Shown here piece by piece: positions 19,312 through 28,638 of a stretch of 64,000 bases of DNA. Numbering within the stretch: the first letter of the stretch is position 1; every line of letters begins with the position of its first letter. The notes below the pieces were generated by a model. That model saw only the letters and a list, made by a program, of their open reading frames with translations, was not told where the DNA came from and searched no databases. The translations under genes were made by a program, and so were the position numbers. Source of the stretch: Myxococcota bacterium (GTDB taxonomy: Bacteria > Myxococcota_A > UBA9160 > JAFDDA01). The stretch is from positions 2,880,001 through 2,944,000 of the forward strand of contig OZ245817.1 of the NCBI GenBank assembly GCA_965228475.1, written 5' to 3'.

Positions 19312-21477
19312 ATGTCGATCGCACTGACCGAAGAGCACCGGGAGCTCGCCCGCGTGGCGCGCTCGTTCCTCGAGGCCCACGCCGCCCGGGCCGCCTCGCG
19401 AGCCCAGCTCGAGGCCCCGAGCGATCGCCTGCCCGAGTTCTGGAAGGAGATGGCGGAACTCGGCTGGATGGGCCTGCACGTGGACGAGGCCTTCGGCGGC
19501 CAGGGTTTCGGCATCGCGGAGCTCTCGATCGTTCTGGAGGCGCTCGGTCACGCGGCGGCGCCCGGGCCCTTCCTGCCGACCGCCCTCGCCGCGGCGCTCG
19601 TCGCCGAGGCCGGCAGCGACGCCGCGCGCCGCGCGACGCTCCCGGCCCTCGCGGACGGCTCGCTGGTCGGGGGCGTCGGCCTCGGCGGCGATCTCGCCCT
19701 CGGTGGCGACGGCGGGCTCTCGGGCTCGGCCGGGCTCGTGCTCGGCGCCGAGATCGCGGGCCTCCTCGTCGTCTGCGTAGGCGACGACGTCGCCCTGCTC
19801 GCCCCCGACCTGCCCGGCGTGAGCATCGCGCCCCGCAAGAACATCGATCCGACCCGCCGGGTGGCCGCGGTCACGTGCGAGGGCGTAGAGGTCGCCCCCG
19901 AGAACCTCCTCCTCCGCGGGGCCCGCCCTGCCCTCGAACGTCTGGCCCGCACCCTCGCCGCCGCCGAGGCCGCGGGCGGTGCGCGCGCCTGCACCGAGAT
20001 GGCGACGGCGTACGCGAAGGAGCGCCGCCAGTTCGGCCGCCCGATCGGCACCTTCGGCCCGGTCAAGCACCACTGCGCGAACATGCTCGTGGCCACCGAG
20101 CAGGCGACCGCCGGCGCCTGGGGCGCGGCGCGCGGGGACCTCGACGACGCCCAGGCCGAACTCGCCGCAGCCGTCGCCTGCGCCCTCGCCCTGCCCGCCT
20201 TCGCCTTCTGTGCCGAGCGCAACGTCCAGGTGCACGCCGGCATCGGCTACACCTGGGAGCACGACGCCCACCTCTACGTTCGGCGCGCCCTCGCGCTCGA
20301 CGCCCTCTTCGGCCCCGTCGACGCGGCGCGCGAGGACGTCGCGCGGCAGATGGCCGCCGGCGCACGGACCAAGGCGACGATCGAACTCCCGGCCGAAGCC
20401 GAGACCCACCGCGCGGAGGTCCGCGACTTCGTCGAGCAGTACCGCTCGCTCCCGAAAGAGCAGACGCGGCAGGCGCTCTGCGACAGCGGCTACCTCGTGC
20501 CCCACTGGCCGAAGCCCTGGGGGCGCAATGCGGGCCCCGTCGAGCAGCTCGTGATCGAGGAGGAGTTCGAAGGGATCCGCCGCCCGGACCTCTCGGTGAG
20601 CGCCTGGAACACGCTGACCATCGCCCAGCACGGCAACCCCGATCAGCTCGAACGCTTCGTACGGCCGAGCCTCGAGGGCGCGATCGAGTTCTGCCAGCTC
20701 TTCAGCGAGCCGGCCGCGGGCTCGGACGCGGCCGCGGTGCAGACCCGCGGCGTGAAGGTCGAGGGCGGCTGGCGCGTCTCGGGCCAGAAGGTCTGGACGA
20801 GTCTCGCCCACCGCTGCACCCACGGATTCGCCACGGTGCGGACCGACCCGGACGCTCCGAAGCACCAGGGCATCACCATGATGGTGATCGATCTGCGCGC
20901 CGAGGGCGTCGACGTGCGCCCCCTGCGCCAGCTGACCGGACACTCGCACTTCAACGAGGTCTTCCTCGACGACGTCTTCGTCCCGGACGCCGACGTCGTC
21001 GGCCCCGTCGACCAGGGCTGGACGGTCGCCCGCAGCACGCTCGGTAACGAACGGATCTCCCTCGGTGGTGGCACGGAGGGCGGCATGGAGGGCGGTCCCG
21101 ACCTCCTCGCGCTGCTCGAGCAGCACGCCGCCGGAGACCGGGGCCTCGCCCGTGAGGTCGGCACCGCCCTGGCCGAGACGCAATCGATCGTGCTGATGAA
21201 CCTGCGCGGCGTGATCCGTGCCGTGGAAGGCTCGGAGCCCGGCGCCGAAGCCAACGTCACGAAGCTCCTGGGCTCGGAGCTCGCCCAGCGCAAGGCCGAG
21301 CTCATGGTGAAGCTCGTCGGCCCGGGCGCCGCCGTGCGCGACGGCGAGGACCGGCGGGTGGCCACCTGGCGGATGGCGACCCTCGGCGCCACGATCGGCG
21401 GCGGCACGTCGGAGATCCTGCGCAACCAGATCGCCGAGCGGCTGCTCGGCCTTCCGCGCGACCCCCTGATCCAGTAG
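19312..21477 (+). CDS. Two-domain (fused) acyl-CoA dehydrogenase, FadE34/ChsE3-like
   Basis: 721 aa with two ACAD modules: RRQFGRPIG.F..VKH, GIGYTWEHD, then FCQLFSEP.AGSD, GQKVWTS, FNEVF, TIGGGTSEI.RN.IAER.LGLPRDP. Confidence 0.9.
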   Translation: MSIALTEEHRELARVARSFLEAHAARAASRAQLEAPSDRLPEFWKEMAELGWMGLHVDEAFGGQGFGIAELSIVLEALGHAAAPGPFLPTALAAALVAEAGSDAARRATLPALADGSLVGGVGLGGDLALGGDGGLSGSAGLVLGAEIAGLLVVCVGDDVALLAPDLPGVSIAPRKNIDPTRRVAAVTCEGVEVAPENLLLRGARPALERLARTLAAAEAAGGARACTEMATAYAKERRQFGRPIGTFGPVKHHCANMLVATEQATAGAWGAARGDLDDAQAELAAAVACALALPAFAFCAERNVQVHAGIGYTWEHDAHLYVRRALALDALFGPVDAAREDVARQMAAGARTKATIELPAEAETHRAEVRDFVEQYRSLPKEQTRQALCDSGYLVPHWPKPWGRNAGPVEQLVIEEEFEGIRRPDLSVSAWNTLTIAQHGNPDQLERFVRPSLEGAIEFCQLFSEPAAGSDAAAVQTRGVKVEGGWRVSGQKVWTSLAHRCTHGFATVRTDPDAPKHQGITMMVIDLRAEGVDVRPLRQLTGHSHFNEVFLDDVFVPDADVVGPVDQGWTVARSTLGNERISLGGGTEGGMEGGPDLLALLEQHAAGDRGLAREVGTALAETQSIVLMNLRGVIRAVEGSEPGAEANVTKLLGSELAQRKAELMVKLVGPGAAVRDGEDRRVATWRMATLGATIGGGTSEILRNQIAERLLGLPRDPLIQ

Positions 21478-21485
21478 GCCGGGGG

Positions 21486-22382
21486 TCAGCGCTCCTCTCG
21501 CGCCTTCCGCACCGCTTCGCTTCGGCCCTCGGGCTCGTCCACCCGCGCGTAGCCCTCACCGAAGGGTTCGTCGCGCCGGCGCAGGGTTTCTCGCAGACCG
21601 TGGTCGCGCACGTCGCGACCGTACTGCCGAACGGCCGGCGCGCGGTGGGCGCGCGCGTCGTTCTCGCCCGCCAGGCGCTGGAGGGTCTGGGCTCCCATCA
21701 GCTCGAGCGCGAGGTTCGTGATGCGCTTGTTCGCCGAGAGCAGATCCGGGTCGATCAGCGCGAAGCGATCGGCCAGCCCCTCGACCTCGTCCTCCAGGGC
21801 TTCGGCGGGGACGGCCTTCAGCGCGAGGCCGATCTTGGCGGCGTCGGCGCCGGTGACGGAGTCCCCCGTCAGCTGCAGGCGCTTCGCCCACTGCGGTCCG
21901 CAGTGGTACATCCAGAGATTGTTCGGCAGGGCGCCCATCGCGCGCGCGGCCGGAAAACCGATGCGCGCATCCTCCGCAACGACCACCAGGTCGCAGGCCA
22001 TGGCCAGGTCGGTCCCACCCGCGAGGCAGTTCCCGTGGACCTGGGCGATCACGGGCTTGTGGATCTCCCACAGGGCACGGATGCGGCGGTTGTTCTGCTC
22101 GATCAGCCAGGCGTCGTCGTCGTGGGTCCGGCCGGTGCGATGCCCGTCGCGGGGTTTCTCGGTGAGCGCGGTGAGGTCGTAGCCCGAACAGAACGAAGGG
22201 CCCTGCCCTCTCAGGATCACGCCGTGCACCGCGAGATCCGAGTCCGCTTCCCAGAGTGCGTGTTCGAGCTCCTCGAGCAGCCGGGGGGTCATCGCATTGT
22301 GTTTGTCGGGCCGCGCAAGCGTGATGCGCGCCCGGCCCTCTCCCACCTCGTAGTGGATCTCGCGGTAGTCGCCGGTCTCCAT
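21486..22382 (-). CDS. Crotonase/enoyl-CoA hydratase family protein
   Basis: RPDKHNA, FCSGYDL, KPVIAQVHGNCLAGG. Confidence 0.9.
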   Translation of the reverse strand: METGDYREIHYEVGEGRARITLARPDKHNAMTPRLLEELEHALWEADSDLAVHGVILRGQGPSFCSGYDLTALTEKPRDGHRTGRTHDDDAWLIEQNNRRIRALWEIHKPVIAQVHGNCLAGGTDLAMACDLVVVAEDARIGFPAARAMGALPNNLWMYHCGPQWAKRLQLTGDSVTGADAAKIGLALKAVPAEALEDEVEGLADRFALIDPDLLSANKRITNLALELMGAQTLQRLAGENDARAHRAPAVRQYGRDVRDHGLRETLRRRDEPFGEGYARVDEPEGRSEAVRKAREER

Positions 22383-22396
22383 GGATCGTCCGTCCC

Positions 22397-23191
22397 CTAG
22401 CGCCCGGTGAACTCGGGCTTGCGTTTCTCGAAGATGGCCTTCACGGCCTCGCGGCCGTCCTCGCTGCGCAGGGCCTGCCTCGCGAGGTCGAGCTCCATCC
22501 GCAGGTGATCTTCCAGGTCCTCGATCAAGCCGGCCCGCGCCACCAGACGCTTGGTCTGCCGGGCGGCGAGCGGCGCGACCTCGGCGAGCCTGCCGCAGTA
22601 GGCACGAAACGCGTCCGCGAACCGGCTCTCGGGCACGACTTCACCCACCAGTCCGAGCGCGAGGGCCGTCTCCGCGTCGTTCATCCTGGGCTCGAGGAGA
22701 AAGCGCATCGCGCGCTCGCGCCCGATCGCCTCGGGAAGCGTGAAGGAGAGCCCGCAATCCGGGGAAGCGCCGGCGCGCGCGTAGCCCGGATGGAAGCGTG
22801 CAGCCGCGCTGGCGATCCGCATGTCCGCGCACATCGCGAGGGAGAGACCCGCGCCGATCGCGATGCCGTTGACGCCGGCGACGACGGGCTTCTCGCAGTC
22901 GATGCGCAGGCCCCGCACGAGGCGGACGACCTGCTCGGTTCCGTCCCGGTCCGACGAGGCGTCGGGCGCCGGTTGCGGCGAGAGATCCGCCCCGGAACAG
23001 AAGGCATCACCGGCACCGGTGAGGCCGACGACACGGACCGCGGCGTCCTCGGCGGCCGCCACGATGCCTTCGACGATCGCATCGATGAGCTCGGCCGAGA
23101 GCGCGTTCTTCCTCGCGGGCCGGTTCATCGTCAGGATCCGCACGTGCCCGAGGTTCTCTTCGAGCAGCACCGCTTCCGTGGAATCGCTCAT
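22397..23191 (-). CDS. Enoyl-CoA hydratase/isomerase
   Basis: NRPARKNAL, FCSGADL, KPVVAGVNG.AIGAG, EKRKPEFTGR. ATG overlaps the upstream stop. Confidence 0.9.
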   Translation of the reverse strand: MSDSTEAVLLEENLGHVRILTMNRPARKNALSAELIDAIVEGIVAAAEDAAVRVVGLTGAGDAFCSGADLSPQPAPDASSDRDGTEQVVRLVRGLRIDCEKPVVAGVNGIAIGAGLSLAMCADMRIASAAARFHPGYARAGASPDCGLSFTLPEAIGRERAMRFLLEPRMNDAETALALGLVGEVVPESRFADAFRAYCGRLAEVAPLAARQTKRLVARAGLIEDLEDHLRMELDLARQALRSEDGREAVKAIFEKRKPEFTGR

Positions 23192-24240
23192 GCACCCTCC
23201 CGATCGCGACACCCCGTGAGTTCCGACATCAGCTCCATCGCCTCGGGCTGGAGGTTCGCGAGGATCAAGCCCGTCGCACCGGAGCGCTCCCACTCCGGGT
23301 AGCGCTCGCGGATGCGCTGGACGGGGCCCACCAGGGACGACTCGTCGCAGTACTCGTCGGGGACGGCATCGATGGCCTCGCGCTTGCGTCCGGCGAGGTA
23401 GAGCTCCTGGATCTTCGCTGCCGCTTCCGGGTAGCCCCGGCGAACCATCATGTCGTTGTGGAAGTTCTTGTCGCGGTGCCCCATGCCACCGACGTAGAGC
23501 GCAATGCCCGGCTTCATGCGCGCGAGGCTGCCCCGGACGTCGTCCGTGACGCGGACGGAGACCATGGGTTGGATCTCGAAGTCCGGGAAGCCCTTCCCCG
23601 TACCCGCACGCCGGAAGCCCGCCTCGAGCCACGGACGGTAGAGCTCCATCATGCCGGGCACGAAGGCGAGCGGAAACCAGCCGTCGGCGATCTCGGCCGT
23701 GAGCCGCACGTTGCTCTCGCTCCCGGTGCCGAGCCAGATCGGGATGTCCGGGTTCATGTGGAGGATCGACTTCAGCGGCTTGCCGATCCCCAGGGAACCC
23801 TCGCCGGTGTAGGGCAGTGAGATCTCCCTGCCCTCGTGGGACACCGGCTCCTCTCGCTCGAAGATCTTGCGCATGATCGAGACGTAGTCGCGGATGCGCC
23901 AGTACGGCCGCCCCCAGGGCTGCCCGTACCAGCCTTCGACGATCTGTGGCCCGCTCACGCCGAGCCCGGCGATGAAGCGGTTGCCGCCGGCGAGCGCGTC
24001 GATGGTCGCCGCCTGCATCGCCGCCATGGCCGGCGTGCGCCCGGCCAGCTGCATGATCGCCGTGCCGAGCCGGATGCGCTCCGTCACCGCGGCCAGATAC
24101 GCGAGCGGCGAGGTGGCATCGGAGCCGTACGCCTCGGCCGTCCAGACCGAATCGAACCCGAGCGCCTCGGCGCGCATCACGAGCTCGACCGGGAGCGCCA
24201 GCTCGGCCCCCGAGTACCCGAGCATCAGACCGAGCTTCAC
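23188..24240 (-). CDS. LLM class oxidoreductase, probably F420-dependent
   Basis: GFDSVWTAEAYGSD, RLGTAIMQ..GRTP, GLGVSGPQIVEGWYG, ADGW, LYVGGMG...NFH. Confidence 0.88.
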   Translation of the reverse strand: MKLGLMLGYSGAELALPVELVMRAEALGFDSVWTAEAYGSDATSPLAYLAAVTERIRLGTAIMQLAGRTPAMAAMQAATIDALAGGNRFIAGLGVSGPQIVEGWYGQPWGRPYWRIRDYVSIMRKIFEREEPVSHEGREISLPYTGEGSLGIGKPLKSILHMNPDIPIWLGTGSESNVRLTAEIADGWFPLAFVPGMMELYRPWLEAGFRRAGTGKGFPDFEIQPMVSVRVTDDVRGSLARMKPGIALYVGGMGHRDKNFHNDMMVRRGYPEAAAKIQELYLAGRKREAIDAVPDEYCDESSLVGPVQRIRERYPEWERSGATGLILANLQPEAMELMSELTGCRDREGA

Positions 24241-25505
24241 GGCCGCGCCTCGCCGCTCACCCGATAGCGCAGCGGCAGCTTCTTCAAACCCACTACGAAG
24301 CTCGAATGGATCCGCTCCGGCTCACCGGCCAGTTCGACCGAATCGAGGCGCCGCACCAGCTCGGCGAGAAGCGCCCGCTGGGAGCGGCGCGCCAGGTGGG
24401 CACCCAGACAGAAGTGCTGACCGATCCCGAACGCCAGGTGCGGGTTCGGGTGACGATCGACGCGGAAGCTCGAGGGATCCTCGAAGACGGCCTCGTCGCG
24501 GTTCGCCGAACCGTAGAAGAGCACGAGGTTGTCCCCCTTGCGAAGCTTCTGGCCGCGGAAGTCGGCGTCGTGGCCGACGACACGCTTCATGTAGTTCACC
24601 GGCGAGACGTAGCGCAGGATCTCCTCGACTGCGCTCGGAACCAGTTCCGGGCGTCGCTTCAGCTTCTCGAACTCCTCGGGATGCTCGGCCAGGGCGTGGA
24701 GCCCACCGACCAGCGCGTTCTTCGTCGTGTCGTGGCCCGCCGTGAAGACGATCAAGAAGTAGCCGAGGGTTTCGAGCGGTGGCATCGGCTCGCCGTTCAC
24801 ACGGCCGTTCGCGAGCACGGTCGCCAGATCGTCGCGTGGGTTCGCCCGTCGGTCCGCGATGATTTCGTTGAAGAGCTTCAGGAAGTCGACGGCAAGGCCC
24901 TTCGCCGCGGCCAGGCGATCCTCCCCCTCGCGCTGGAGATCCGGATCGTCCGAGGCGAAGAGCTGATTGGTCAGTTCGAGAAGCTCGGGCTCCCGCTCCC
25001 GCGGCAGACCGAGGATCGTCGAGAGGATACGCAGCGGGTGCTGCGCCGCGATCTCGTTCGCGAACTCGCACTCCCCCTCCCCTCCAGCCGCGCGCTCGAC
25101 CAGCCGGTCCACGAGCCCGCGGGCGCTCTCCTTCGCGATCGGATCCACGCGCTCGATGGCCCGGGGCGTGAACCAGGACGAGGCGACCTTCCGGTAGTCG
25201 CGGTGCTCGGGCGGGTCCATGACGAGAATCGCGCGCAGGTTCCCGAGCCCGGACTCGGCCTCGAGAATCGTCCGCTGCTGTCTGCTCTCGAGCACGATGC
25301 CCTTGCGGTTCCAGAAGAGGTCCGGCCGCTTCGAGATCTCGCAAATGTCACGGTGGCGTACCACGGCGTGAAAAGCGTCGTAGCCCTCGGGCTCGAAGCG
25401 TTGCAAGCGATCACGCTGGCGAAGCCGCGCCCAGGCGCCGTGAGGAGTCCCCCGCGCGGCGTAGGCGCGCGGCGCGATGAGGTCCCGGCCATCGATCTCG
25501 GTCAC
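24237..25505 (-). CDS. Cytochrome P450
   Basis: MDPPEH, AGHDTT, EEILR, SANRDE, FGIGQHFCLG. Confidence 0.93.
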   Translation of the reverse strand: MTEIDGRDLIAPRAYAARGTPHGAWARLRQRDRLQRFEPEGYDAFHAVVRHRDICEISKRPDLFWNRKGIVLESRQQRTILEAESGLGNLRAILVMDPPEHRDYRKVASSWFTPRAIERVDPIAKESARGLVDRLVERAAGGEGECEFANEIAAQHPLRILSTILGLPREREPELLELTNQLFASDDPDLQREGEDRLAAAKGLAVDFLKLFNEIIADRRANPRDDLATVLANGRVNGEPMPPLETLGYFLIVFTAGHDTTKNALVGGLHALAEHPEEFEKLKRRPELVPSAVEEILRYVSPVNYMKRVVGHDADFRGQKLRKGDNLVLFYGSANRDEAVFEDPSSFRVDRHPNPHLAFGIGQHFCLGAHLARRSQRALLAELVRRLDSVELAGEPERIHSSFVVGLKKLPLRYRVSGEARP

Positions 25506-25557
25506 GTGGACTCCGCTCGTTCGGGGCGGTGCTTTCTTCTTCCCAGCCCGCGAAGGA

Positions 25558-25573
25558 AACTAGTATCATGGTT
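25558..25573. promoter_or_regulatory. Candidate GntR/FadR operator, copy 2
   Basis: AACTAGTATCATGGTT between the divergent P450 and acyl-CoA synthetase genes. Confidence 0.6.
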
Positions 25574-25608
25574 TTCGGGATCCGCAAAGCAGGTCCCAGG
25601 AGGGCCGC

Positions 25609-27177
25609 TTGTACCCCGGACAGCACGCGAAGACCCATCCGGACAAGCCGGCCGCCATCCACGGGCGCAGCGGAGAGGTGCTGACCTACGGCGAGCTCGA
25701 CGCCCGCTCGAACCGCCTGGCCCAGCTCTTCTGGGCCGAAGGTCTGCGCCGCGGCGACCACGTGGCGGTCTTCCTCGAGAATCACCTCCGCTACTTCGAG
25801 GTGTTCTGGGCCACCTTCCGTTCGGGCCTCTACCTCACCACCGTCAACCGCTACCTGACCGGGCCCGAGGCGGCGTACATCGTGGACGATTGCGAGGCGC
25901 GGGTGCTGATCTCCTCGCGGGCGCTCCACGACGTGTCGGCCGAGATCCCCGCTGCGGCACCACGCTGCCGGCGCTTCCTCGTCGTCGACGGACTACCCGA
26001 CGGCGCCTCGGGCCCCTTCGAACCCTACGAGGACGCGATCGAAGCGCATCCCGCGGACCCGCTCGCCGAAGAGCCGCTCGGCGAGTTCATGCTCTACAGC
26101 TCGGGCACCACGGGTCGGCCCAAGGGAATCACGCGCCCCCTACCGGAGCGGTCGGTCTCGAAAGGCCTGGCGATGAACGCCGTGCTGAAGGGCCTCTTCC
26201 ACGTCGACGCGAGTGCGGTCTACCTCTCGCCCGCGCCGATGTACCACTCCGCACCGATCGGGTTCTCGTCGGCGACGCAGTCCCTCGGCGGCACGGTGGT
26301 CATGATGGATCGCTTCGATCCCCTTCGCGCGCTCGAAGCCATGGAGAGGTACGCCATCACCCACAGCCAGTGGGTTCCGACGATGTTCTCGCGCATGCTG
26401 AAGCTCCCCGAGGAGGAGCGCGCCCGCTTCGACCTCTCGGCGCACCGCGTTGCGATCCACGCTGCGGCCCCCTGCCCTCGCAAGGTGAAGGAGCAGATGT
26501 TCGCCTGGTGGGGGCCGATCCTGCACGAGTACTACGGCGGCACCGAGCTGAACGGCCTGACCTACGTGGGCCCCGAGGACTGGCTCGCCCACCCGGGCAC
26601 CGTCGGCCGGGCCGTCATGGGGACGCTCCGCATCTGCGACGAGAGCGGCGAGGAGCAGCCGGCCGGAGAGCCGGGCATCGTCTACTTCGAACGGGACAAG
26701 CCGCCCTTCCGCTATCACAACGATTCGGAGAAGACGCGCAGCGCGCAGCACCCGAAGCACCCGGGCTGGACCGCCCTCGGCGACGTCGGCTACGTCGACG
26801 AGGAGGGTTTCCTCTACCTCACCGACCGCGCGACCTTCATGATCATCTCCGGCGGCGTCAACATCTACCCGCAGGAGATCGAGAACGAGCTGATCCTGCA
26901 TCCGAAGGTCGAAGACGTCGCGGTGATCGGCGTTCCGCACGAGGAGTTCGGGGAGGAAGTGAAGGCCGTCGTGCAGCCCGTGGCCGGCGTCGAGGGCGAC
27001 GAGGCCCTGGCCGAGGAGCTCCTCGCCTTCGCGCGCAAGCACCTCGCGGCCTACAAGTGCCCCCGCTCCATCGACTTCGAGCGCGAGCTTCCACGCCTTC
27101 CCACCGGAAAGCTCTACAAACGCCTGCTCAAGGACCGCTACTGGGGGCGTGGCGAGTCGAAGATCGTGCAAGAATGA
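25609..27177 (+). CDS. Acyl-CoA synthetase (AMP-binding, FadD4-like)
   Basis: YSSGTTGRPKG, YYGGTE, GDVGY.D, SGGVNIYPQEIE, PTGKL. TTG start after a GGAGG-like RBS. Confidence 0.92.
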   Translation: MYPGQHAKTHPDKPAAIHGRSGEVLTYGELDARSNRLAQLFWAEGLRRGDHVAVFLENHLRYFEVFWATFRSGLYLTTVNRYLTGPEAAYIVDDCEARVLISSRALHDVSAEIPAAAPRCRRFLVVDGLPDGASGPFEPYEDAIEAHPADPLAEEPLGEFMLYSSGTTGRPKGITRPLPERSVSKGLAMNAVLKGLFHVDASAVYLSPAPMYHSAPIGFSSATQSLGGTVVMMDRFDPLRALEAMERYAITHSQWVPTMFSRMLKLPEEERARFDLSAHRVAIHAAAPCPRKVKEQMFAWWGPILHEYYGGTELNGLTYVGPEDWLAHPGTVGRAVMGTLRICDESGEEQPAGEPGIVYFERDKPPFRYHNDSEKTRSAQHPKHPGWTALGDVGYVDEEGFLYLTDRATFMIISGGVNIYPQEIENELILHPKVEDVAVIGVPHEEFGEEVKAVVQPVAGVEGDEALAEELLAFARKHLAAYKCPRSIDFERELPRLPTGKLYKRLLKDRYWGRGESKIVQE

Positions 27178-27194
27178 ACGCGCAAGCCGCGATG

Positions 27195-27833
27195 TCAGGC
27201 AGTGCCCACGAGGTACGCGCGAACGAGGTCGGTGAGTTCCTCGGCGAGGCGCTCGCCGAAGTCTTCCTCGCTGACCGTGGCCCCCACGCCCTCGACCGAC
27301 GCCACGACCACGAATGCGGCGAGTTCGAGATCGGCGACGCGGAGCTCGGCCCGGTGCTCGGCGAGGAGGTCGCGTATGAACCCCACGCTGGCCGCGCGCG
27401 CTGCGGCGAGCTTCGTCCGGAACGTCGCGTTCGGCACCTGCTCGAGAGAGCGGTAGAAGCTCGGACCGTGTCGCATGGCCGCCATGGCGGCCCGCACGAC
27501 CTGCCCGAGCTTCGCGTCGATCGAGGCCCGCGCCGGCAGCGGCTCGCTCGCGATCGCACCGACGAGGCGTTCGAGTTCGCGGTCGATCAGGGCTTCGTAG
27601 ACCTCGGCCTTGTTGGCGAAGTACTCGTAGACGGTTCCGACGCTGACCCCGGCCTCCTCGGCGATCCGGTTCGTCGTGGCGGCGGCGTAGCCTCGCTGCG
27701 TCAGAACCCGAGCCGACGCCTCCAGAACGACGTCCACGGTCTCCCGCGCGCGACGCTGTTTCGCTTTTCTTCTCGGACGGTTAGGGCCCGCCAGACGAGC
27801 CCCCTCCGAAGATCGGAAACCCGAGTTGAGCAA
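27195..27833 (-). CDS. TetR/AcrR family regulator (start uncertain)
   Basis: Q.RARETVD..LEA, TTNRIAEEAGVSVGTVYEYFANK. Confidence 0.88.
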   Translation of the reverse strand: MLNSGFRSSEGARLAGPNRPRRKAKQRRARETVDVVLEASARVLTQRGYAAATTNRIAEEAGVSVGTVYEYFANKAEVYEALIDRELERLVGAIASEPLPARASIDAKLGQVVRAAMAAMRHGPSFYRSLEQVPNATFRTKLAAARAASVGFIRDLLAEHRAELRVADLELAAFVVVASVEGVGATVSEEDFGERLAEELTDLVRAYLVGTA

Positions 27834-27842
27834 AGTTGAGCA
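27824..27842. promoter_or_regulatory. Direct repeat in the tetR/coq4-like divergent region, possible regulator site
   Basis: AGTTGAGCA twice with a 10 bp period (27824-27832 and 27834-27842) in an AT-rich patch. Confidence 0.4.
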
Positions 27843-27915
27843 TTTCTTCAATTTAGGCGCATCGCCCCAACCTCTCAAGGAGGCGCCCAGTGGGGCGCGT
27901 GAGGGAGATCCCGCC

Positions 27916-28638
27916 ATGGACCCGACCCAGGCCCGCTACTCGGGGGAGCCGACCCGCAACCCCTTCCGCTACGCGCGCGCCGCGTGGCGACTCATCCGCA
28001 ACGACCCTGCCGAGACCACGGACGAGGCCGCCATCATCGAGATCGGATTCGCCCGTTCCCGATTCGGCCGGCGCTTCGCGCGCTGGGAGCAGACCCTCGC
28101 GCACCTGAAGCGCGACCCGCGCACGGCGGCGGCGATGGAGGCACGCCGGGTCTTCGAACCGATCGACCTCGCCGCCCTCGAGCGGCTGCCGGCGGGCACG
28201 CTCGGCCGCGTCTTCGCGGAACACTGCCGAACGCGCGAGATCGACCCGAACCTCATCCACGTCCCGCCCGACGACGAGGTCGGCTGGTTCCTGAATCACC
28301 TCTACCGAACCCACGACGTCTGGCACGTCGTGACCGGCTGGGGAAACGACCTCCCCGGCGAAGTGGGCCTCGGCGCCTTCTACGCCGCGCAGCTCGGCTC
28401 CCCGCCGTTCTTCGGGTACATGTCGGCGCTGATCTTCTTGAACGTGATCTCGCGCCGAGCGGATCTCGACGGGGTCTTCGCCGCTTTCAGTGCCGGCTAT
28501 CGGATGGGAAAGACCTGCGAGCCGCTTTTCGGCGTCGCGTGGGACGAGCTGTGGGATGGGCCGATGAGCGACATCCGTGCCCGGTTCACGACCGACCGGT
28601 CGCAGGTCGTCGGCGAGGGGATCCTGCATGCCGCCTGA
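27916..28638 (+). CDS. Coq4 family protein
   Basis: LERLPAGTLG and the Coq4 metal motif HDxxH...E (THDVWHVVTGW...GEVGL.AF..AQ). Confidence 0.82.
   Translation: MDPTQARYSGEPTRNPFRYARAAWRLIRNDPAETTDEAAIIEIGFARSRFGRRFARWEQTLAHLKRDPRTAAAMEARRVFEPIDLAALERLPAGTLGRVFAEHCRTREIDPNLIHVPPDDEVGWFLNHLYRTHDVWHVVTGWGNDLPGEVGLGAFYAAQLGSPPFFGYMSALIFLNVISRRADLDGVFAAFSAGYRMGKTCEPLFGVAWDELWDGPMSDIRARFTTDRSQVVGEGILHAA

Noticed and set aside
15190..27839. Very long alternative ORFs such as 15190-18612 (-), 15609-18557 (+) and 24306-27839 (+)
   Set aside because: They overlap well-supported genes in other frames or strands, are Arg/Pro/Gly-rich without motifs, and are expected shadow ORFs in high-GC DNA.
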